A DNA stretch of 21,770 bases from Ginkgo biloba. Taxonomy: Eukaryota > Plantae > Ginkgophyta. The DNA is taken from positions 54,004,902-54,026,671 of the forward strand of contig JANKJI020000002.1 in assembly GCA_024626585.2 (NCBI GenBank), written 5' to 3'. The position numbers and the translations under genes are program-made. A model generated the notes under the pieces. It saw only the letters and a list, made by a program, of their open reading frames with translations. It searched no databases and was not told the DNA's origin. Shown here piece by piece: positions 1 to 9,359 of this stretch (position 1 is the stretch's first letter; each line of letters starts with the position of its first letter).

Positions 1-199
1 ATTTATATTTGAAAATTCTCCTTCTATTGTCTAAAGGGTGAATTTATGATATGTGTTTACTTGCCTAGTCTAATTGATGCTCTGCCCTCACTTTTGGTTG
101 TTTCAAAATTTAGTTTAATTTCACATTAGTTTGGCATGTTTTCTTTAATAAGTCTCCAAAGAGAGGGGAATTTTTGGCTGAAGGTGGAAACCTTGGACA

Positions 200-880
200 T
201 GACAGGGATGGCGAGTGCTACAGGTAGGGGTGGTGGGCGTGCAGGGAGGAAAGGAGCAAGAGTAGGGGGAGATGGATCTGGAGGGGGGAAGAATGGGAGC
301 TGGAGGTGGAAGGGATGGACTAGGTGGAGCGGGTGCCGGTGGGGAGGCCTGTGCGGGTGGTGAAACCCACGCAGGCTCAGAGGGTGGCACAGGCAAGGAG
401 CTCCACGCGGGAGTTGAGCCCCACACGAGAGGAGAGCCCTGTGTGGGGGATGGTGGTGGCCGGGGGGGGCTCTGCGCGGGATGTGAGCCCCACGCGGGGA
501 CCGTTGGTGACAGGGAAGAGACCATCGTGGGAGGTGAGATTCGTGTAGGAGCCGATTGTGGTAGGGGGTGCCCTGCGTGGGAGGGGCCGCAGGTACACCC
601 GTAGCAATAGGCACACACACAAAAACAGGTAAACTCGCAGGAACAAGTACACTCGCAAGTGAACCCACAGGAGCAACCGTAGGTGCAGGCCCAAGTGCAA
701 CCTCAAATGCAAACATAGGTATGGGGATAGGAACTCGAGTGGCATCCACCGTTGCAGGGGGTTTGGGCACAGGAGGTGGTGGCCCAATAATGAAAGTGGG
801 TTTTGTTGGAGAAGGAGCACAGGTAGAGCAAGATCAAACCCAGGCACATAAAGGGTTTAATGCAATATTACGAGGCTAGA
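200..880 (-). repeat. GC-rich, low-complexity Pro/Ala/Ser-coding tract with a repeated quasi-palindromic 10-mer; probably TE-derived
   Basis: Strong G skew on the + strand. Motif CCYRYRYRGG at 348, 366, 402, 420, 438, 471, 489 and 572. The minus-strand ORFs are Pro-rich with no recognisable domain. Confidence 0.45.
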
Positions 881-2369
881 TTTGCAGAAGAGGAAGAATG
901 GACAGTGTCTACTGAAGGAGAAGCCAATCCCGAGACCGCGCACCTGAGGAGTTCATTCCATTGAACTACTCGGAGGGGGATGGTTCCGTGCTTGCTGTGG
1001 TGTGGTCATTAAATGCCAAGTTGACCAACACCGAGGTGCCAAACTTCCACAAACCCAAGGAGGAATGGTCGTCCCTTCCCTCTATAGGGAATGAGATTGC
1101 CATGGAGAAAGAGCTGGACGTGGATCCAAGCCCACTCGCGAAAAACAAGACCATGCCGATGGATGACCCATGGGGTGTTGAGGGAGTTAAACATTCCCAA
1201 GGTGGTACAGGGAATGGCCTACAACCTGGACACTATGTTGGGGATAGCAGGCACGTAGGTGGCAATGGGAGAAGGAGAGCATTTGGCCATAGAGAATCTA
1301 GTGCCTATAGACGAGCCATAGGGAGAGGAGCCACATGCACAGTCCACAGTCAATAATGCTGCCAATCCCTCATCGAACCCAAATGATTTCAACTTTTTCC
1401 TTACAGATAACAAGGAATACTTCGAAGGACGCATGCATTTGGAGACACGGGGGGTTATTCTGTTCTTTCTGCGTAGAATGTCGGATGAGGAGGCNNNNNN
1501 NNNNNNNNNNNNNNNNNNNNNNNNNNNNNNNNNNNNNNNNNNNNNNNNNNNNNNNNNNNNNNNNNNNNNNNNNNNNNNNNNNNNNNNNNNNNNNGCAATG
1601 AAAAACTGGTTGCAAAAAAAAAAAAAAGTGTTGCAACTTATTTAGGAGGTTCATTGGGCCCCACAATACATTTTCAATCTATCCTAACCCCTTGAATGAG
1701 GTCGCCTTCTCCTGTAGAAGAGATCTGAGCACTCTTTTGGCAAAAACTCCTTCAGAAACCCATCATAAATGGAAGGAACCAGGTTCAGCTATGCATAGCA
1801 CGTACCTGAAAATGACGACCTCTACCAGTTCAGTCAAGCAGCCAAAATGCAGTAAAAAGTGCTTTAGAATGAAGAAGCCCTCTTTAGGAGATCACAATGA
1901 TGAAGGGTTATTTAAGCCCAAATGTAATTACTCATTGAAGGGAGGCGCCCTTGGCTGGAATAGTCTCTTGGCTCTCTCTTTCATAATTTTCTCTCTCCCA
2001 AGCACCTCTACATGGTATTTAATCATCAAATTTAAATTGTGCAACCAAGCACCATCGTTTAGCTTAGGTTTAGTAGCGTCCCTCAAGGCTGAATTTAAAA
2101 CACTCATGAACACTCTCCTTTGACCCACTCTTCAAGGCCAAATTCGCAAAAGTCTGAGTTGTAACAGTCCAACCCTCAAAGTCAAACCTAAACACTTCTA
2201 GAATCATAATCAGAAAGCTATACTTCTAATTCTTACAGCAGGAACGGCATACGCAGCAAAACAAGGGATAGAAGATGGCAATAAATATCTTTGACAGAGT
2301 TGCTTGAGTGCCTTCATACGGTAAAAACCTTGTGGCTGAACTCAGCACTCTGTGAGGAACTCAGGGCAG

Positions 2370-2381
2370 GTTTTGATACCA
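2370..2381 (-). mobile_element. Primer-binding site (tRNA-iMet type, TGGTATCAAAAC) of a second, minus-strand LTR element
   Basis: Plus strand gttttgatacca; two G>A changes from TGGTATCAGAGC. The LTR would lie to the right and the internal region to the left. Confidence 0.55.
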
Positions 2382-3005
2382 TATCTTAGCAATATAGAAG
2401 TGAGTATATCAATAACAATCAGCAGAAATGACTCAACAGAAAGAAGTCTGGCATAAAAACTTTCTTTTGAAGTGGGTCCCAGCTGCAAAGGCAAAGGGAT
2501 GTTTTCTTATATACACCTATGTATTTTTTGCTTACTCTTAATTTGGTATGTTTCTTCTTAGGCTTGTTTGGTGCACAATCATTCCACTTTTTCTTCTAGA
2601 TTTTGGGCATGGTTAGCCACTTACATTGCCTCCTTAGCTGCAATAAATTGATCTTGGTCCTTTTTAGGGTTCAAAAAGTTAGTCTCAATTGCCATAAAAC
2701 TTATCTTGGCCTTCTCACCAATCCTTGTACAAACATTCACACCATAGGATTTTATCACTAGATCCTCAACATCCATTGTCTTACTAACAAGATTTACTAC
2801 TTTCTTCTTTTCTAGACAATTCTCAAAAGCANNNNNNNNNNNNNNNNNNNNNNNNNNNNNNNNNNNNNNNNNNNNNNNNNNNNNNNNNNNNNNNNNNNNN
2901 NNNNNNNNNNNNNNNNNNNNNNNNNNNNNNNGTTTAGTTTATGTTGTGTTTATATGAAATCTGTGGATGTTTTAGTCTGTTGTGCACTCTTATAATTCTA
3001 CAAAG

Positions 3006-3016
3006 TGGTATCAAAG
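3006..3016 (+). other. Primer-binding site (tRNA-iMet type) TGGTATCAAAG
   Basis: Matches canonical TGGTATCAGAG at 10/11 positions, 3 nt after a CA dinucleotide. Confidence 0.7.
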
Positions 3017-3646
3017 AACAAACTTTTTAAGGTTTTGTGTTGTGAGTAAAATTTCAGGTGTGAAGCTAGAAGATTGTTTATGAAGGCCTGAGAATAATTT
3101 TTTATGTGTTTGCACAGATTTATGGAGGTTATTGACTAAGTTGGTGAGTAATTTGTTTAGTGAAAGATTTCTTAATTTGTAGTTTGCAAGACTACATGCA
3201 AAGCAAGGTGATGAGTTGTTGAAGAGCCTAGGTTTCTACTGTGATTGTCAAAGAAATTCTGTGAAGTTGAAGGTACAAAAGCAAGGAAAATGCAGAGCGG
3301 TTAGGTTGTGGTTTCAAATCTTGCACATTAAGTGCAAAGAATTAGTGTGGTTGAATCTATGTATGCCATTTCTCCTTGAGCTTCTAAAAGTGTCTAGCCT
3401 AGGGAAGTTTTGTGTGGCATCAAAGTTCATTGAATATATGGTTCGGATTATAGAGTTGACTGTTGTTTTGTCAACCACTGTTTTACTTTGTGTTTGGGTT
3501 CGAGGGTAGTGCATGCTTGTGTAGAAGTGTTAGCATTTNNNNNNNNNNNNNNNNNNNNNNNNNNNNNNNNNNNNNNNNNNNNNNNNNNNNNNNNNNNNNN
3601 NNNNNNNNNNNNNNNNNNNNNTGATAAAGTGGAAAGGACCTGACTC

Positions 3647-4146
3647 ATGGAGCTTGATCATTGTTTCAGTTTCAAAACCAGTGGCATGCACAGAGCTACT
3701 GATGTGGAATTTCATTCCTGCAGTGATGTGATCCAGCCACGACATGCTTGGAAATTGAGGCATTTTGAATTGTGTAATGTCTCACTCGAATCCCCAAGGA
3801 TAGAGCAAGATACCTCTCGGTCATGGCGATCCTTCTCAATTCGACTGCTTCAGAACCTCCGGAGACGTAGAAGATGCCTTAATGGAGGTTATCAAAAGTC
3901 GCAAATATAATGGCTACTCTCCTGTCATTCGCCTACAGCATTCGAGAAAAGCAATTACAGATTATCTTTCTCCAAGCTTGCCTTATAAGCTTACTGCAGA
4001 TGATGTTTATTTGACTATTGGTTGTGCACAAGCCATTAAAGTCTCTCTCTTTGTGTTTTGGCTCGTAAAGGCACAAATATTCTCTTACCAAAACCAAGAT
4101 TTATGATGTATGAAGCATCATTGGCATACAAAGGTATTGAAGCAAG
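3647..4146 (+). pseudogene. Processed (intron-less) 5' fragment of a tyrosine aminotransferase / nicotianamine aminotransferase-family gene (class I PLP aminotransferase)
   Basis: Reads ...MWNFIP...GILNCVMSHSNPQG*SKIPLGHGDPSQFDCFRTSGDVEDALMEVIKSRKYNGYSPVIRLQHSRKAITDYLSPSLPYKLTADDVYLTIGCAQAIKVSL[frameshift]CVLARKGTNILLPKPRFMMYEASLAYKGIEA. The hallmark TAT motifs IPLGHGDP, YNGY, DDVYLTxGCxQAI and NILLPxP are present. Stop at 3801-3803, frameshift near 4043-4051, homology ends at about 4146. Confidence 0.9.
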
Positions 4147-5062
4147 CTAATTCTAGTTGAATGGAGGTCGTTGAACAGAGAATGCATAGATGCGAAATTG
4201 GTAAAGTAGGTCACATAATCGATTTCAGAAGTCGATGCAGCGTGCAGAGGCGGTGAAGGAACGTGTGGTCGGTGCAGGCCACAACGCAAGTGGACAACAC
4301 AATAGAGGAGACGCAAGCAAGATGAATGCAGAGGAGCCACAAAAGTTTTAAATATCTTTTGCAAAGTTGAAAAATAAAAAATTTAATTTGCTTGCAATGT
4401 TGATTTGAAGTCCGTCCCTCTCTAGTGTTAAGACTTGCTCACTTGAAGTTCTCATATGTCCATAGGTTAGGGCTAAACATTTTGAAAGGTATTCAATTCT
4501 TTTTTTCCATGTTGGATATATTCTATGGGGCTAAACAGATTTTTTATGAGTCGGTGGTTGGATGTTTTGAGTTATTTGATATGAGCTCCATATGACTTGA
4601 AATTTCTGGACTTGAGAAGTATAGAGCGCTAAGCTCTTTGGAGGTCATTTTCAATTTAAAAAAGTATATATAATTTGTTAGTCACAAGAGATAGTGGTGG
4701 TTTAGTAGTAAATTGGGTGAGTAGTTAAAAAGGAGGTTTCGGATTCAAAATTTGTAAAATCATTATTTTGTAACCTAGTCATATAGGTGACCATTGAGAT
4801 TTATTTGTAAAAGACTTGATGTTGCCTCATTAACAAATGGCAAATCGAATGAGCGGTTAGAAAAAGGCCTCAAGAGTCATGTTTTAATCCTCTATCATAA
4901 TTTTTTTGTAAGGCTTGTGTCTATTTGGTAAAAGGCGAATGTCACCTAAGTAAAAGCTTTGGAATCTGGAGGAGTGTTTGTAAAAAGTCATCAGGGTAAC
5001 AAGTTGTTGTTCAGTTGCATGTTAGTAAATGCAGTTCTTCTCTCATTAGAAATCCATTTTTA

Positions 5063-5073
5063 GTTTGGGGAGA
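5063..5073 (+). other. Polypurine tract before the 3' LTR (GTTTGGGGAGA|TG)
   Basis: Purine run directly followed by TG, about 2 kb downstream of the PBS. Confidence 0.5.
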
Positions 5074-7201
5074 TGTCACCCAAGTTAGTAGCATCATTAG
5101 GTATGCATGTACATGGTATAATAGAAGGCTAGCCACAATGCCACATTAAAGCAGTAGTTGCATTGCAAGGAGAAGAATAAAACCAAATGCAGTAAGTACA
5201 GTTGATAATGTANNNNNNNNNNNNNNNNNNNNNNNNNNNNNNNNNNNNNNNNNNNNNNNNNNNNNNNNNNNNNNNNNNNNNNNNNNNNNNNNNNNNNNNN
5301 NNNNNNNNNNNNTTTGAGTTTTGTGATTTTTGCTTTCAAGTTTTCAGTAATCTCATTAGAGCTTTTTTATTGTTGCTTTTGTAACTTTCATGCTGTTAGT
5401 TCTTTTTGCAATCTTTCCAGTTTGAGGTCATGGCTAAGAGCCATGTAACTAGTAGTGTAGCGTTAGATCGCGAATTTGCTAGTAGTTGGTCATGGGGTGC
5501 ATTTACACTCAATTTTGTACGTATGGAAGTAGACAATTTAAGGAATTTTGTAGTAGATGTGGTGGTGATGGTCTATCCTCTGGTCGGAATATATTTAAGA
5601 AAATTTGCATTCTACCATCATAATCTTTGATGGACTCTCCGGCGTATTGTCACAATTCTTCCGGTGCTGCTTCAATAGTTAACAGATCGCGTAGTTTTTG
5701 GAATCAATCTAGAAATCGGTTCTATATCTCTACCCAATTTGGATTAGTTAAGATTTTATATTGGTGCTACACGATTGTTCATCCTCTCAATGGACTGAAG
5801 AATTGGGACTTGATTTCCTGCTCATTAACGATATTATTTACTTCCAAAATGTTTTTGAACAGAGCTAAATGGTCCACTGGCTCGGTTGTTCCATCGTAAC
5901 GTAGTCTAGAGCTAAATGGTCTACTAGACTGGCTCGTAAATAGGCTTTTAAGAAAACAATTTGCTCAACAAGAGTCGATCACAACTCACATCAAGAGTCC
6001 AAAATTTGCAAAATTAGGCCAAGCTGAACACCAACCAAACTGGGATCTATTGAAAAATAGAATATAACAGTCCTGAACTAACACTGGAATTTATGGTAAC
6101 AGCACTTTTCAGTAATTATTCGGTTTTCATGCTGCTGTATGAGACAACAGTAGAATACTTCCAGCAGGTTTCAGAAGATCTATGTTCAACATGCATGGAA
6201 AGTACAAAAATGCTTAGGCCTAATACATCTGGTTTAGATCCTAAGAACACAGATAGATTTAACTGAATTTGTACTGCAGATCTGATCCATACAGTAAGAT
6301 AGGACAGAGATAGGAATTTAGAGCCATAACAGCGCTGCTGAAAATAAGCAACCAATGAAGTTGGGTTCCTATATTTGGCACTGGAGCTTAATAGAGTTCC
6401 TCCCTCGATAGATTTCTGTCCTTCGGGTATAGCAACCCAACTTGTGATTAACCCCTTTGAGTACTCTGCTAATTGTACAGCCAAGTTGATCTGATATCCA
6501 GCCACAGGAAATGCTCCCAACCTTCACACTAACAGAACACAGAATTGAGTCTTGGAACCATAACAAGTTTACTGAAGATAACAGAGTATGTGGTGAAAGA
6601 ATATTGCATGAGGTGCTGAAACAAATTTCTTCTCATAAACCAATGTCTGTTTCTGAATTCGTTTTAGGTCCAATAGAGCAAGATGACCTAAGAATATGTT
6701 GTCCTGGCAACCTTGGTGAACCGCCTAGAGGACACAAAGTCCGTACTGTAGAAATTGGTCCTTGGAGGGGTCCAAGCTCCTTGATTCTTAGGCAAATCAC
6801 TCNNNNNNNNNNNNNNNNNNNNNNNNNNNNNNNNNNNNNNNNNNNNNNNNNNNNNNNNNNNNNNNNNNNNNNNNNNNNNNNNNNNNNNNNNNNNNNNNNN
6901 NNNNNNNNNNNNNNNNNNNNNNNNNNNNNNNNNNNNNNNNNNNNNNNNTGGCCCAAAGTTGCAGAAGCACTTTATTCTCCAACTTGGTTTTAAAGCTAAA
7001 AGTGACTTACTTGGAAAAACTCCTGCTAGAATATTCCCCAACAACGATCCTTATTCAAATTGGAATTTTGCTATGTGGTTTTTGACTAATGTTACTAACA
7101 AGAGCAATCAATTGATTCCCTACCCACATCCTTACTCCTACTGACCCCATGCCATTTATTCCTAAGATTAACTCAAAAATAACATTTTGAAAAGTAGGTG
7201 C

Positions 7202-8984
7202 ATAACAACGTGGGTGTTAGATTTGCAGCATATTAATAAGACACTTACAACATTTGAGGATAATAAGTTTTATCCCAAGTGATCAAAATGCTCCTTTGGT
7301 TGAAGAGAAATTAAGTATCCGAAACATATCTTTTTAGGAGGGGATTTGGTGACAGATCTACTTAAGAAGGAATCCTTGCTATGGAATAGAAAATCAAAGA
7401 GATTTTTTCAACAACTCAAACATTTCATGACGACCACATCAGTTCTTGCAAATCTAAATTTCTCTAGACCATCCATTCTCGAGTGCAATGCATCAAGCAC
7501 AGAACTTGGAGCTGTAATAATGCAGGAAGGACAACCAGTTACATTTGAAAGAAATGCTTGCAATTATGCATGCCCTAGAAAAATGATGTCAATATTTTTT
7601 GGGGAATAAAATTGACCACAACAGTCATTAGTACTTTTTGAGAGAAAAGAGCCTATCTTCAAAGCAACAAGAATTGGTTTGCAAAATCTAATCTTTTGAC
7701 TTTGAAATGTAGTTATAGATGCTCTATCAAGAAGAGATAATGGTGTCACCTTTCTACTACATTTGTCAGGATTCCATCATGGATCATAGAATTTCAAGAT
7801 CTGTACTTAAAAAANNNNNNNNNNNNNNNNNNNNNNNNNNNNNNNNNNNNNNCCTTGAGAGGCAAACAATAAATGGTCATACAAGAATGATATACTCTTC
7901 CACAAGGACAAATTTTATTTAATTCTTGGTTTAAAAATTAATGATAAGGTTTTGCATAAATGCCATGCATCACAAGCTAGGATCTGTCAGGTTCCTTAAA
8001 TCCTATTATAATGTTGGACAATTCTTTTATTGGAAAAGCATCACGATATTATTTATCACTATTTAGTTGATGTGATACTTGCTAAAGACAACTTAGAAAG
8101 TGAAAGTATATTGATTTCTACAAATGACCAAAAAGTAGTCAGTGGTATTGAGTCATACATACAAGTCTTACATGTCCAAAGGAGTGCTTGGTTGAAGAAT
8201 GTTGCACTCCTAGGTCTACTAAAACCTCTTCCAATCCCAGAACAAAAGTAGAAAGAAATATCAATGGACTTCATCAGCAGTCTCTTCAAATGTGAGGGTA
8301 AGGATGTCATCTATGTGGTTGTTAATCAATTGACCAAATATGCTAATATTATCCCAAGGCAGTCAACATTCAAAGCTTGTCAATTGTTTTCATCAAGGAA
8401 ATCCATTATTTGTATGGATTTTCAAAGAAAACTGTCAATGAGAGAGATCTAAAATTCACATATTGAGTTCTTCCGATTAGCAATTACAACATTAAACATG
8501 AGTACAGTTTATCATCCCCAAATGAATGACCAAACAAATAGTCAATAAATGGTTAGGAGCTTACTTTTGATGTCTTATGACAAATGAGCAAACCAAATGG
8601 GTCAAGTTGATTCCTTTAACTGAATTTTGGTAGAATGCAACCTATCACATATTAATAGGCATAGCACTATTCGCAACCTTGTATGGATACCCCCTTCTAT
8701 CATAATCACCATAGAAAAGTTAAAGAGGCACAAGACCAATTGCAAGAAGTACAAGATATCATGTGCATATAAAAAGAGAATCATAATATGTCAAGGAATA
8801 GAAGGAAACAACAAGTTGACCAACACAAAATAGAACGTAAATTTGAAAAGGGGTTTGGGTCTATGCATGCTTACAACCATTCAAACAAGCCTCTTCGAAA
8901 GAAACATCATGGAGAAATTAGCTCCCAAATTTGATGGACCATGTGGGATTACAAGGAAAGTGGGAAAGGTTGCTTATGCACTTG
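7202..8984 (+). mobile_element. Decayed Ty3/Gypsy pol relic: RT C-terminus, RNase H and integrase
   Basis: TTWVLDLQHINKTLTTFEDNKFYPK*SKCSFG*REIKY; TDLLKKESLLWN..FQQLKHFMTTTSVLANLNFSRPSILECNASSTELGAVIMQEGQPVTFE; KIDHNS; NVVIDALSRR; GLLKPLPIPEQK*KEISMDFISSL..DVIYVVVNQLTKYA; MSTVYHPQMNDQT; EKLAPKFDGPCGITRKVGKVAYAL. The RT-RH-INT order is Gypsy. Many stops and frameshifts. Confidence 0.92.
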
Positions 8985-9359
8985 NNNNNNNNNNNNNNNN
9001 NNNNNNNNNNNNNNNNNNNNNNNNNNNNNNNNNNNNNNNNNNNNNNNNNNNNNNNNNNNNNNNNNNNNNNNNNNNNNNNNNNNNTTAACATTAAGTTAAG
9101 TCACATTACATTTAATTCATAAAGTGACTAACTAGACTAATTCTACCTCTAAATCATGTTCTTGGATGCCAAGTCATTATTATTGACTATAATCTCTCCT
9201 TGGATCTTATTTTTTCTAGTAGTCTTCTTGCATATTGTTCAAGTCTTTGGGGCATTGAACTTGTTATAGTTTCTAATGGGATTGCCGTCTAAGAAGCAGC
9301 CTTCATCAAGGATTCTCAGGGCTTGTTGTCTATGGGTGATCAATGGTAATACCAACTTC

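Larger units (their letters stand above)
2932..5409 (+). mobile_element. Internally deleted, non-autonomous LTR retrotransposon (Copia-like) hosting the TAT fragment
   Basis: LTR end ...TTCTACA (3002), then AAG and PBS TGGTATCAAAG. A zinc-knuckle-like remnant (RC..GKVGHI) lies near 4180-4220 and a Copia GAG-pre-integrase-like FCKACV..GK near 4905-4932. A purine tract TTTGGGGAGA is followed by TGTCACC (3' LTR start, 5074). Outer boundaries are uncertain because gaps fall in both LTRs. Confidence 0.6.

Noticed and set aside
126-879. Overlapping Pro-rich and Gly-rich ORFs as an extensin, formin or glycine-rich protein gene
   Set aside because: Open frames on both strands follow from the GC-rich, low-complexity composition. 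No signal peptide, domain or splice structure was seen.
3647-4146. A functional nested aminotransferase gene or an ACX1-TAT metabolic cluster
   Set aside because: The fragment has stops and frameshifts and lacks the C-terminal two-thirds, including the PLP-binding lysine.
5421-5432. TGGCTAAGAGCC as a third PBS
   Set aside because: The match to TGGTATCAGAGCC is poor and needs an indel, and no supporting gag follows.
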